DNA of 64,000 nt from an uncultured Planctomycetaceae bacterium (GTDB lineage Bacteria > Planctomycetota > Planctomycetia > Isosphaerales > Isosphaeraceae), in NCBI GenBank assembly GCA_963833985.1, contig CAWIAD010000002.1, positions 1,920,001-1,984,000 on the forward strand, in the 5' to 3' direction. A model generated the notes under the pieces. The model did no database searches. It was not told the DNA's origin and saw nothing but the letters and a program-made list of their open reading frames with translations. Shown in pieces: positions 53,856-64,000 of this stretch; the first letter of the stretch is position 1; every line of letters begins with the position of its first letter. Position numbers and translations under genes: made by a program.

Positions 53856-55682
53856 TCACGAGGCGGGGCTCGGGGAAGGCTGGTGCACCGCGGCACCACG
53901 ATCGGATTCTCGCACGGCCGCGGGCCCTGATCCAGAGGTTTCCCGCTCCGGTCCGCGACGCCTACTGCCTCGCCATCCTGCTCCCTCCTCGCGCGGCTGA
54001 CCGCACACGCTCCCCGCCCCCCGGGAAGGGCCAATCCGCGATTTCCGCCGGCGCTCGCGGATTTGGCTCCGTTCTGGCCGCCGGTCGCGCTCCGCAACGG
54101 CTGTATCCTCCTTGCCACTCTCCACTTGCATCGCCAGATCATTGGCTTCGTTCAAGATACTCTGAGAAACGCGCGGAGCACCACTCGTAGGGTGGGTCAG
54201 CGCAGCGCAACCCACCGTCTTGCAGACCTTTGCGTGCGGTGAGATGCCCCTCTTCATGCTTGTCATCGTCTCCTTACTTCCCATTCCCGGGCGATCTGTA
54301 GCCATTCCCGGCTGTTCCCCTCCATTCGCATCCTGCCCGAGGCGCGTGCCCGATTGGCTTCCTTCTGGCCGCCGGTCGCGCTCCGCTACGGCTGTATCCT
54401 CCTTGCCACTCTCAACTTGCATCGCCAAAACATTGGCTTCGTTCAAGACACTCCGAGAAACTCGTGGTGAACCACCCGTAGGGTGGGTCAGCGCAGCGCA
54501 ACCCACCGTCTTGCAAACCTTTGCGTGCGGCGAGATGCCCCCGCTCGACGCCATCCCGGGACCATCCCCTTCATTCCGGCCGTTGCGCGATTCATCGTGT
54601 GGTTGACGTGCGTCCGGCTCGGGCGCGGGGCCGACCTGCGGCTCATGGACAACCGGCATGGGGAGGCGGTCGGCTTCGTTGTTGTTGTCGGCGCCGAGCT
54701 CGGCTTTTTGCAGCTTCGACAGCGTGGTCAGCGTACGCAGTAGCTCGCGGGTCAGTGCACCCTGGTGCCGGCGCAGGACCGCAAGGGCCTTGCTGGCGGC
54801 GAAGACCGCGCGGTCGGGCTCGGCGTCGGCTTCCATCTGCTCCAGGTCCTCGTGCTCGCCGAGCCTTGCTTCCAGCCGGTGGATCGCCTCGTCCACGATC
54901 GAGCTGAGGACCTCCCAGCCCTCTTTCGGGCTGGCCGGCGGGCGAGACAGGCGCCGCCACGGCATCGCGCCGCTGAAATAAGGGCCGGAGCTGGCCTTCA
55001 TGTTCCGGAACAGCTCCCAGAGCTCGCGGCCCTGACCCGGTTCGATCGCGTCGACGGCCTGGAACACGCGGTTGGCGGCCGGGTCGATCATGCCTTCCAG
55101 GAAGCTCTTGCCCATGAGCCGCAGGAACCGGTAGTGGTCGGTCTCGCTCCAGGCGGCCCGCACGTCGATGAGGTTGCGGAACTCGGACCACCGCGCCAGC
55201 AGCCAGCGGCAGCCCTCGGGGATCTGCTCGAGCCGGGCGAGGAAGACGGCGGGCATGTCGTCGTAGTACTCGGCCTTGCCGAACCGCTCACGCGGGTCGA
55301 GGGTGTCCAGCAGCTTGCGGCCCAGGATGTGGGCCTGCTTCAGCCGCGTGGCCTCGTCGCGGTCGCGCTGGCGGTGCACGCGAGCCGCGAGGTAAGCCGT
55401 CTCGGCCCGCTCGGCGCGGTCGATCTGCCAGTCGATGCGCACCGCATGGCCGACCAGGGTGCGCTCGACGTCGTTGCGCGGCACGAGTTCGAACGTCCAC
55501 TGCAAGATCCGTTCGGCGAGCTCCTTCGGATCTTCCTGTGGCAGGACGGGGATGGCGATGCGGGCGTTGGCGCCATGCCTCAGCGCGTTGAGCCGGGCGC
55601 GGGCCTTGCCCTGGTCGCTCTTCGGCCCCGTGCTTTTTGCGGCGTTGCGGCGATTGGCCGCGATCTGGGCTGTGGTGGCCAC
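53856..55682 (-). CDS. Hypothetical protein of the 'ANRRNAxKSTGP...NALRHG' family with duplicated, REP-containing C-terminal tail
   Basis: MATTAQIAANRRNAAKSTGPKSDQGKARARLNALRHG; helical core; the tail repeats GISPHAKVCKTVGCAALTHPT...LNEANxLAMQVESGKEDTAVAERDRRPE twice. Confidence 0.78.
   Translation of the reverse strand: MATTAQIAANRRNAAKSTGPKSDQGKARARLNALRHGANARIAIPVLPQEDPKELAERILQWTFELVPRNDVERTLVGHAVRIDWQIDRAERAETAYLAARVHRQRDRDEATRLKQAHILGRKLLDTLDPRERFGKAEYYDDMPAVFLARLEQIPEGCRWLLARWSEFRNLIDVRAAWSETDHYRFLRLMGKSFLEGMIDPAANRVFQAVDAIEPGQGRELWELFRNMKASSGPYFSGAMPWRRLSRPPASPKEGWEVLSSIVDEAIHRLEARLGEHEDLEQMEADAEPDRAVFAASKALAVLRRHQGALTRELLRTLTTLSKLQKAELGADNNNEADRLPMPVVHEPQVGPAPEPDARQPHDESRNGRNEGDGPGMASSGGISPHAKVCKTVGCAALTHPTGGSPRVSRSVLNEANVLAMQVESGKEDTAVAERDRRPEGSQSGTRLGQDANGGEQPGMATDRPGMGSKETMTSMKRGISPHAKVCKTVGCAALTHPTSGAPRVSQSILNEANDLAMQVESGKEDTAVAERDRRPERSQIRERRRKSRIGPSRGAGSVCGQPREEGAGWRGSRRRGPERETSGSGPAAVRESDRGAAVHQPSPSPAS
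54072..54541. repeat. ~180-bp direct repeat (period ~291 bp), each copy holding a GTAG-type REP palindrome
   Basis: GTAGGGTGGGTCAGCGCAGCGCAACCCACC at 54187-54216 and 54478-54507, with near-identical flanks. Confidence 0.9.
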
Positions 55683-56093
55683 GGAGTTGCTCTCTTTGCT
55701 TGTAGTGCAGGTCGTGTATGCGGTGCGCAGAGCGGCCCTGGCTGCTGGTTCACCGAGGAGCGGCGCGGGGAGCGGCCCTCTCGGCGAGCCGCGGCCGATG
55801 CGCCGGGATCTGCCGTCTATCTATGAGGATCCGACCGAAACTGCCAAAAACCGGAGGAATCCGGAGAAATTTTTGGTTTCCCCCTCAGCCGTCGGGCAGG
55901 TGTATTCGTACGGCAGGCGATGCTTGCGTGCCGGGGCGTCTGCGTCCGCATCTGCGTCGCCGCAGGGCACGCAATCCTTGCGTGCCGGGGTGCGCACCAT
56001 GACTTCTCCGCCTGGAGCCCGGGCACATGGCCACGTGCGCGGGCACCATGGATTCTGCGGCAGATGGCCACATGCGCCAGCGCCACGGACTAT

Positions 56094-56599
56094 GCGGCGC
56101 ATGGCCACGTGCGTCAGCACGTGGTTTTCACGGGCGCAGCCCCCAACCTCGGGCGTGAGCCCGACCAGTGAGGAAGCCAGGAACGCAAATCAGTGCGTCG
56201 TCGCTGCGCTGGACACACCATACACATCTAGTGATCAAGAGTATGAGCATTTGTATGGTGCGTCCAGCGCAGCGACGACGCACCAGTGGGGAAGCTCGGG
56301 CCGCAAATCGGTGCGTCGTCGCTGCGCTGGACACACCCGACACACCTGGAGCCCGCGACGCACGTCACCGTGCGCGGGCGCGATGGACTCTGCGGGCATC
56401 GTCCCAGGACGTCGTACGGCGGGTGCGGTTCGGCGCACGCAAGGCCCTGCCAGCCGGTGGGTTGCGCTACGCTGACCCACCCTACGGTCGGCGCGCCAAG
56501 GCCATTCTGGGACGATGCCACTCTGCGGCACATGGCCACGTGCGTCAGTACGTGGTTTTCACGGGCGCAGCCCCCAACCTCGGGCGTGAGCCCGACCAG
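56094..56599. repeat. REP/BIME-like cluster: four REP palindromes bracketed by a ~75-bp direct repeat
   Basis: GTGCGTCGTCGCTGCGCTGGACACACC at 56193 and 56311, its inverse at 56252-56284, and a reverse GTAGGGTGGGTCAGCGTAGCGCAACCCACC at 56456-56485. Direct repeat ATGGCCACGTGCGTCAG.ACGTGGTTTTCACGGGCGCAGCCCCCAACCTCGGGCGTGAGCCCGACCAG at ~56101 and ~56532. Confidence 0.88.
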
Positions 56600-56747
56600 C
56601 ACCGCGCCGCATCACGCGCATCCCCACGACGATGTTCCACCCGTCACGGCGTTCGGGGCGCATGGGCTTACAGACCTGCCAGCCTTCGGGCTTGCATCCC
56701 TGTCCCGCGATGTATTACACTTGTCGTTGAATGCGGGGAAGTTGCTG

Positions 56748-58283
56748 ATGATGGAAGCGACAATCACGAAACCGAGCGTTCTCACGAAACCGCTGGGGCC
56801 GAGGTTCCGGCTCAGCGGGCTGATGATCCTGGTGCTTGGTGCGGGGTTGTCCCTCGGTCTCATGAGCCGGGCCCACGTGTCCGTCGGCGGGGGGCCGTCG
56901 TACTGGCGGTCGCCGCTCACCAGGTGGCTGGGCGTGGTCATGGCGCCCTGCGGCGCCGCGCTGAGCCTGGCGCTGCTGATCCAGGTCTTCGGCCAGTTCG
57001 AGCACCGAGAGTCGCCGGGGCGACAGGCGTGGCCCTTGTGCTGGCGGCTGGCGGCCCTGGCCCTGCTGGCGCTGCTCCTGGCCGAGGAGTCCTCGCTCTT
57101 GCAGGTCGTGCCCCCGAGTTCGTGGTCGGCGAACTGGCCTCCCGGACGGTTGAGTCCCCTGGTCCTCGACTCACGCCAGAGGATCCTGCCGGTTGCGGAG
57201 GGGCTTTTGATGGTTGGCCTGGTACTGGGGATGCGACCGCGCCGGGCTCGATCGGGAAGTCAGCCGACGCGTCTGGCGGCCTGGCTGATGGCGGTTCTGG
57301 CGGGCGTGGGCGGCGCGATGATCGTGGCCACCATGATGACGATTCCCTACCTGGTCCTGATCGCTGTCGAGATGGTGGAGAACGCCATGTTGCGTCCGGG
57401 TGAGGGGAGCGGAGGGCTGTTGGCCAGTCCTGCCGCAGCCTCCCTGCCACAGGGGTTGGCCGATCGGTTGAACGGAATCGTTCCGGAAGTCGGTCTCGCC
57501 CTGCTGCTTGTTCTGTTCGCGGGGGCGTGGCTGTCGTCGTCGCTGCGCCGCGCGGCTGCGGACGAGGTCCGCGCGGGTCGCGGCTCCTGGCGTGATTTAT
57601 GCTTCGGCCTCATCGTGGCCGCAGCGTGCCTGTTTGCGGGGAGCCATCTGGTCTTCCGAACGCTTCCTTTTGTTCAGCCGCTGGCTCTCGAGGGGCTGGC
57701 GATGAACGTCGGTGCCTGGGAGCTGAGGGTGATCGTGATCGGCGTCGGCTGTTTTTCCGCCGGGCTGCTTGCCCATATCCTGGCGCCGGGGGTGGACGGG
57801 GTCGAACGCGAGACGCGTTCTCGACCCGCGTTGAACTGGCAAGCCGCCTGGCTACTCAAGGCGATGGTCGCCGTGCTGTTGCTTGTCGTCATCCTGAGCA
57901 GCCTCGAGGAGATCGAAACGCGGGGAGGATTGACCGGGCGGTTCCTTCCCGGGTGGCTGTTCGGATGGCTCGTCCCCTGGCGCGCTCCGAGCGCGCACCT
58001 GTGGGACTGGCTACGCGTCAACGAATGGGCCGGCATGGTGACCTCGGACGCAAGCCTCTGGTTTCCGGCACTGATCATCCCCTGGCTCGGCTGGCGATCA
58101 GTCGGATTGTTGATCCTGGCCAGGAACCCGGCTCCCGCGCCTTTCGATCACCTGTTCCATTCCGCGGCCTCGGCGCGTCGGTTCGTCGGCTACTGGTGCG
58201 CGTTTTCGGCTCTTCTGATGGCTGCGGCCCCGGCCCTGGCGTTGACGGGGGTCCTTGTCCTTCATCATGCGCTGGCGATGTGA
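56748..58283 (+). CDS. Polytopic membrane protein, unknown function
   Basis: RFRLSGLMILVLG N-terminal motif and many hydrophobic helices. The upstream part of the 56286 ORF is repeat-derived. Confidence 0.75.
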   Translation: MMEATITKPSVLTKPLGPRFRLSGLMILVLGAGLSLGLMSRAHVSVGGGPSYWRSPLTRWLGVVMAPCGAALSLALLIQVFGQFEHRESPGRQAWPLCWRLAALALLALLLAEESSLLQVVPPSSWSANWPPGRLSPLVLDSRQRILPVAEGLLMVGLVLGMRPRRARSGSQPTRLAAWLMAVLAGVGGAMIVATMMTIPYLVLIAVEMVENAMLRPGEGSGGLLASPAAASLPQGLADRLNGIVPEVGLALLLVLFAGAWLSSSLRRAAADEVRAGRGSWRDLCFGLIVAAACLFAGSHLVFRTLPFVQPLALEGLAMNVGAWELRVIVIGVGCFSAGLLAHILAPGVDGVERETRSRPALNWQAAWLLKAMVAVLLLVVILSSLEEIETRGGLTGRFLPGWLFGWLVPWRAPSAHLWDWLRVNEWAGMVTSDASLWFPALIIPWLGWRSVGLLILARNPAPAPFDHLFHSAASARRFVGYWCAFSALLMAAAPALALTGVLVLHHALAM

Positions 58284-58446
58284 AGCGGATGGATCAAAGC
58301 CGGATGGCGGTCCGTGCGCAATTGGATCTGGGGCGGGTTGTTCAGGAGCAGACAAAAGGTATGGGCGGCCCCATCATCCCCTGAGCTTCCGCCCGTTCGC
58401 TGCACGCGTGATGGTGTGGGCGAGTACCATGTTCGTGTGAGCATTT

Positions 58447-58535
58447 GTAGTGTATGAAGAGCGCAGCGACGACGCACCAGTGTTGAAGCCGGTGCGGTGA
58501 GTTGGTGCGTCGTCGCTGCGCTGGACACAACCTAC
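58447..58535. repeat. Inverted REP pair (REPIN-like) between convergent genes
   Basis: AGCGCAGCGACGACGCACCA (58460-58479) and TGGTGCGTCGTCGCTGCGCTGGACACAACCTAC (58503-58535); same family as the 56.2 kb copies. Confidence 0.85.
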
Positions 58536-58538
58536 GAG

Positions 58539-59477
58539 CTACCCTCTCGGGATGAATCCGGGAACACCGGTCTCCACAACGGAATTGAACCGGATCCGCA
58601 ACTGGATTCCTTCGCTCATCTCGCGCATGGCCTCTTCGGGCAGGGTGGAGACGTCAAAGTTCTCCTTGATCCGGCTGGGGGTCTTCGAGGTGGTCAGGAG
58701 CGCCGTCCCGCGCTGGATGGCCCAGGCGAGCAGGACCTGGGCCGGGGTCTTGTTGACTCGCCTGGCGATCGCGGTCACGACAGGATCTTCCAGCAGCCTG
58801 GGCTCGCTGCTATGCCCCAGCGCTGCGAATGCTTGCAACACGATGCCATTCTTCCTGCAATAGTCCAGGAGGTCCCATTGCGGGAGGTACGGATGGGATT
58901 CGACGTGAACCACCGCGGGCTTGATCCTGGACGCATCAAAGATCTCTTTTACCTGGGTCAGGCCGATGTCGGATAATCCGATGGCCTTGCACTTGCCCTC
59001 GTCCACCAGACCCTCCAGCGCCCTCCATGTATCCAGCAACGTCACCCCTTTGTCATAAATCACATTGCCATTCGCATCTCTCGGGTCCTGCTCGTCTCCC
59101 GGTTGGAAGGCAAAGGGCGTGTGGATGAGATAGAGATCGACGTCGTCGAGCTGGAGTCTCTTGAGACTGGCCTCCAGGGCGGATTTGACGCGTTCAGGAC
59201 GATGATTGTTATTCCAGAGTTTGGTGGCGACAAACACGTCCTCCCGCTGGATCTTCCCCGCCTTGAACACCTCCTGCATGGCTTCGCCGACCTCTTTTTC
59301 GTTTCGGTAGCGTTCCGAGGAGTCGAGCTGGCGGAATCCTGCCTCGAGCGCCGCCCTGGTCGCGGTTCTGGTTGCCACGGGGTCGGGAATCAGTGTGCCA
59401 AAGCCGAGGGCGGGGATCGCGCCGGATCCATTGTTGAGCGCGATCCTGGTGTCGCGAAGGTTGTCGCTCGCTACCAT
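58539..59477 (-). CDS. Aldo/keto reductase (AKR1/5-like)
   Basis: IPALGFGT, DSSERY, VATKLWN, DLYLIHTP, AIGLSD, QVLLAWAIQRG. Confidence 0.95.
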   Translation of the reverse strand: MVASDNLRDTRIALNNGSGAIPALGFGTLIPDPVATRTATRAALEAGFRQLDSSERYRNEKEVGEAMQEVFKAGKIQREDVFVATKLWNNNHRPERVKSALEASLKRLQLDDVDLYLIHTPFAFQPGDEQDPRDANGNVIYDKGVTLLDTWRALEGLVDEGKCKAIGLSDIGLTQVKEIFDASRIKPAVVHVESHPYLPQWDLLDYCRKNGIVLQAFAALGHSSEPRLLEDPVVTAIARRVNKTPAQVLLAWAIQRGTALLTTSKTPSRIKENFDVSTLPEEAMREMSEGIQLRIRFNSVVETGVPGFIPRG

Positions 59478-59692
59478 TGTTTCACTCCTCCGATATGAAT
59501 TCGCTGCCGCCGGGCCAGCCTGTCGTGCCGAGATCGGTTCGGCCGTGTTGAGGACCGCGAGGGCGGACATTGGGCCGTTCAGCCTGGCGCGGCGTGCATC
59601 ATCCGCCGCGAGCAGGCTACCGTCTCGTCAGTGGCCAAAGTTGCGTGAGGCCGCCGGCCTCATGACGGAAGTGGGGACAGTGGGCGGCCGGT

Positions 59693-60674
<982 letters not shown>

Positions 60675-60819
60675 GTGCTTGCTCCTCGGGAAGCGTGCTC
60701 TTTCTCCGACGTGGATTTCACGATGAGCGTCGACCACGTGATCCTGGGCCTCGCTCGGGGACCCGCAAGGCGCATTAGACACCGTCGGATGCTCGTAAGC
60801 AAAGGAAAAAGTGTGAGCG

Positions 60820-60846
60820 GAAGCGGCCGAAGCGGCCGAAGCGGCC
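60820..60846. repeat. Short tandem repeat (GAAGCGGCC)x3
   Basis: Three exact 9-bp copies in an intergenic region. Confidence 0.7.
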
Positions 60847-60931
60847 CCACCCGAGCCGCCGTCGGGTGTTCCGCTCCGGTCGCATGAGCCGTGGTCTCCG
60901 ATGCCGCGAGTTGAAATCCCGCCGTCCGGGG

Positions 60932-61399
60932 TTACTTCGCGGTCGGCGGCTCTTGCTTCTGGAGCTCGGTGATCTGACGCTGCAATGCCTCGAGGATGTC
61001 AAGGACTTGCTCCTGTTGGGTCTGCTCGAGCTTCCGCCTGTATTGCAGGAAGTAGAGCAGCAGGAACGGGGCCACGCAAATGGTGCAAGTCAGATAGCAC
61101 GTCCACAGCGCGATGCCGACGGCTGTGCCTACCGGCTCCGGGAAAAAATGGAAGAGATGCTCAAGCGCGTAAACTCCCTGCGGCGCAAGAAATGACGCGA
61201 GCAGGAAATAAAAGAGCCCGAGCAGCACGACCGCCGCCGTGCCGAACATCGCGGCCCGCATTCGCCGCTCGTGTCGAGCGGCTTTCTCGAGCTTTTGATG
61301 TAGCTTGCGGCGGTACTCGCCGAGCTGCGTCTCGCTGACCCGCGTCTCTTGCTCCAGCAGCAGAGCTGCGAACGGCTGATGCGGCCTAGGGTCCGTCAT
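60932..61399 (-). CDS. Two-TM membrane protein, putative anti-sigma factor
   Basis: Overlaps the end of the ECF gene; charged N-terminal helix, two TM segments, C-terminal coiled coil. Confidence 0.7.
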   Translation of the reverse strand: MTDPRPHQPFAALLLEQETRVSETQLGEYRRKLHQKLEKAARHERRMRAAMFGTAAVVLLGLFYFLLASFLAPQGVYALEHLFHFFPEPVGTAVGIALWTCYLTCTICVAPFLLLYFLQYRRKLEQTQQEQVLDILEALQRQITELQKQEPPTAK

Positions 61400-61952
61400 G
61401 AGTGAGCCTTTCGATAACATCCCGAAGCGATCGCTTCGCGTGATACATCCGGGACTTCACAGTCCCCAGTGGGCAGGAAAGCGACTGAGCGATCTCTTCC
61501 AGCCGCATCCCTTCCAGGAAGTGCAATACTAGGACCTCCCGATGCTCGACCGAGAGGTATGCGAGGGCTTGATGGACGAGTTCGACGTCGTCATGCACGG
61601 GCTCGTCGCAAGCGGCCACATCCGTTGCGTCACTCGCAGCTCCTTCCACCGATGCCGCCAAGCGGCGCTCTCGGCGGAGGAACTCCACGACCTTCCCGTG
61701 GGTAATCTTGTAAAGCCAGACGCGAAACGCCTCGGGTGCCTCCAATCTCGACAGGAGACGAAAGGCCGAGAGCCATACTTCCTGGAGCACGTCCAGCGCC
61801 TGGTCGGCATCCCCCACGAATCGCAGAATGTAATACAGGAGCCGACGCTCGTAGAGCGTCACCAAGCGGCGGAACGCCTCCATGTCGCCTTGCTGGGCGC
61901 GCCGCACCTCAATCCTCTCCTCCAGGCGACTCATCTCGTCGGCCGGCCTCAT
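61386..61952 (-). CDS. ECF sigma-70 factor (RpoE/SigW-like)
   Basis: GDMEAFRRLV, DQALDVLQEVW, FRVWLYKI, LEEIA...LGTVKSRMYHA. Confidence 0.93.
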   Translation of the reverse strand: MRPADEMSRLEERIEVRRAQQGDMEAFRRLVTLYERRLLYYILRFVGDADQALDVLQEVWLSAFRLLSRLEAPEAFRVWLYKITHGKVVEFLRRERRLAASVEGAASDATDVAACDEPVHDDVELVHQALAYLSVEHREVLVLHFLEGMRLEEIAQSLSCPLGTVKSRMYHAKRSLRDVIERLTHDGP

Positions 61953-62110
61953 TCGTCTGTTAACTCCCGGCCACAGGAAACCTGGCACTCCTGCATATCA
62001 AGTCGCTCGCCAGGAGACGCAGGTTCAAACTTGGACCTGGTTTGAACCTCCGAGCCCCATCGAGCGACTTCTCCTCCGGATCACATCATTACCCGTTCAG
62101 GAGATGTCCC

Positions 62111-63349
62111 ATGCGATCACGACTCTGTGCCCTGAGTGCCTTGCTGGCATCCGTGGGCCTGGCCGCCGCCGCCGAGTGCGACGACATCAAGACGTCCGTC
62201 GCGGCGAAGATCGAAGCCTCCGCGGCACCGGCCGCCGGCACTCAGGAGGCCAACAACGGCCGACCCGTTGAATCGGCACGAGGCGCCGGACAAAAGCCGA
62301 TACCAGTCACGAGCCGTCCGCCTTCAGTCTCGGAGAACTGGGAGAGCACAGCAACGCTGACGGGGCATAAGGACCTCGTCAAATCACTCGCCTTTTCGCC
62401 CGACGGGAAGCGACTCTTCAGCGCCAGCTTTGACGGGGAGATCAAGGTCTGGGACACGAAAACCCGCAAGCAACTGGCCTCGATCATCGCCCACAGGGGG
62501 GCTCTTATGGCGCTGATCGTCTCACCCTCCGGAGAGTTTCTCTGCTCAGCGGGCGCAGCTCCCGGCGAGGTGACGGTCTGGGATCTTCGGACGCTGAAAC
62601 CGCGGATGACGCTTTCCTATCCGCACCCGGTCTATTGCCTGGCGTTCTCGCGTGATTCTGAACTGGTTGCGGCAGCGGGCGAGCACGAGGTCTTTATCTG
62701 GAGCTTGCGGGACGGTGAGCGAAAGCACGAGTTGGCGGTCGGGATGTGGCCGATTACGGGCCTGGCGTTTTCCCGGGATGCTCGCGTTCTCTACGTTGGA
62801 GGATACCCGGACATGGGCGCGGGTCAGACTGCTGCCAAATCTGGGATTGTTCGTGTCTGGGATTATTCGACCGGAGCCAAGCTTGGCGAAATCGGGCTCC
62901 CCCATCCGGTTGACGGTATCGACCTGAGCCATGACGGCCGCACGCTTGCCGTGAGCGCAGTGGCCCTGCACGCCTTCGACGTCGCAATCTCTACCCGCCG
63001 CGTCAGTTTGACCAGTCGTTTTTCCGCTCTGGACCAGCAGTTGCGGGGCGGATCCCCGATTTTTCAGGAGCAATTCCGTGGGGTTGCCCTGAGTCCCGAC
63101 GCGAACATCATCGCCGGCGCCGCGGGCAGCCCCGGCCCGTTGGCACCCGAGGCGGGCCACGTCGCTTTGTTTGCGCGAAGTGATGGCCGCAGAGTCGCGC
63201 GACTCCAGGCACCCAGGCTAGCCAAAGGCGAGGCTCAAATCGGGGAGCATGACATCGGCACAGTCGCCTTCTCACCCGACGGAAAACTGCTGGCTTCGGG
63301 GGGTAATGAACGCAACGTAGAGCTATGGCTGGCGCCAGCTGCAAAGTAG
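62111..63349 (+). CDS. Secreted WD40-repeat protein
   Basis: Signal peptide MRSRLCALSALLASVGLAAA; GHKDLVKSLAFSPDG...KVWD repeats. Confidence 0.9.
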   Translation: MRSRLCALSALLASVGLAAAAECDDIKTSVAAKIEASAAPAAGTQEANNGRPVESARGAGQKPIPVTSRPPSVSENWESTATLTGHKDLVKSLAFSPDGKRLFSASFDGEIKVWDTKTRKQLASIIAHRGALMALIVSPSGEFLCSAGAAPGEVTVWDLRTLKPRMTLSYPHPVYCLAFSRDSELVAAAGEHEVFIWSLRDGERKHELAVGMWPITGLAFSRDARVLYVGGYPDMGAGQTAAKSGIVRVWDYSTGAKLGEIGLPHPVDGIDLSHDGRTLAVSAVALHAFDVAISTRRVSLTSRFSALDQQLRGGSPIFQEQFRGVALSPDANIIAGAAGSPGPLAPEAGHVALFARSDGRRVARLQAPRLAKGEAQIGEHDIGTVAFSPDGKLLASGGNERNVELWLAPAAK

Positions 63350-63602
63350 TGGCAGGTCGTGGGACGCACCGTATGCCGAGAGCCGCATCGCGGCGCCGAT
63401 GAGATGCGATGACCGAACACAAGGTCATCGCATCTCCATTTTTCAGGCGATTCGTGTGCTGGCCCGATCGATGCGCAAGCTCAAGAATGGAGGACCTGAA
63501 CATGCAACGCATTCTGAAGGGATCCGCGGCAGGCCGGCTACCATTCCTCTGGAAGTCAGGGCGGTTTTCTGAAGGTTGCAGGCAGCTTCTGAGTTTTGGA
63601 AA

Positions 63603-63669
63603 GGGGGGGCAGAGATTCCTGCCTGCCAGGGCAGGCCTGCTCCGGCAGGCAGGAATGCCTGCCCCCCCC
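63603..63669. repeat. Inverted-repeat (REP-like) hairpin of a second family between convergent genes
   Basis: GGGGGGGCAGAGATTCCTGCCTGCC ... GGCAGGCAGGAATGCCTGCCCCCCC. Confidence 0.75.
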
Positions 63670-63788
63670 GCTCTCAGGCTGCGATCCAGGAGAAAACCGC
63701 TCCAGTCAGTTTTCAAGCACGCTTTGGACAACCGCCGTACCAGATCCTGCCGTGCCTGACGGACTGTGAGCGGGCCACGGGGTCAAGC

Positions 63789-64000
63789 TCACCGATTGCT
63801 CGCGCCCGCTCGCGCGGGACGCCAGCGCGACTTTGCGGCCGGGGCTGTGGACGGAGATGAGGCCGGCGGGATGTCCTCGGTGTTCACGTTCTTCGCGTCG
63901 GAGGGGGCATCGCCGTCGAAGCGGCTGAACGGATCGTGGTCGGCCTCGGGGTCAAGGTTCAGGTCGGTCGGTTCGGTTTTGTCGGCGGGTTCGGGCGGTG
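63789..64000 (-). CDS. C-terminal low-complexity end of a gene entering from the right edge
   Basis: Manual translation PPEPADKTEPTDLNLDPEADHDPFSRFDG...RAGASNR*. Confidence 0.55.
   Translation of the reverse strand, partial: PPEPADKTEPTDLNLDPEADHDPFSRFDGDAPSDAKNVNTEDIPPASSPSTAPAAKSRWRPARAGASNR

Noticed and set aside
56094..56599. Possible CRISPR array
   Set aside because: Repeats occur in both orientations with irregular spacing, have REP-type GTAG feet, and no cas genes are present.
56286..56747. 5' extension of the membrane protein ORF
   Set aside because: It is the translation of REP and direct-repeat DNA; the likely start is 56748 or 56751.

Overview
A GC-rich bacterial chromosomal segment. 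The gene types point to Planctomycetota, probably Isosphaeraceae-like (inferred): DUF1559 prepilin protein, ECF sigma + Ser/Thr kinase pairs, BlaI + large M56 peptidase, prenyltransferase-repeat protein, DUF1080 and many Uma2 genes. I call about 45 CDS. About 14 of them, including tkt and pfk, are split by small frameshifts, most simply explained as long-read indel errors. The most notable observation is a three-gene operon at 48752-53076: XPB/Rad25 helicase, a ~74-aa protein resembling TFIIH p8/Tfb5, and a ~770-aa protein with two repeats resembling the p52/Tfb2 clutch. This may be a bacterial counterpart of the XPB-p52-p8 motor submodule of eukaryotic TFIIH (by-eye inference, needs HMM or structure tests). 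Other points of interest: four tandem Uma2 genes with conserved ends and variable cores inside a prkA-yeaH-spoVR operon; an Hsp90 paralog coupled to a large TPR-like protein; a ClpN-ThiD2-ThiE fusion; kinase-linked ECFs with Ser/Thr in the region 2.2 motif; a clear twin BlaI operator; and GTAG-type REP clusters, two copies of which lie inside an ORF. No rRNA, tRNA, CRISPR array or transposase was recognised.
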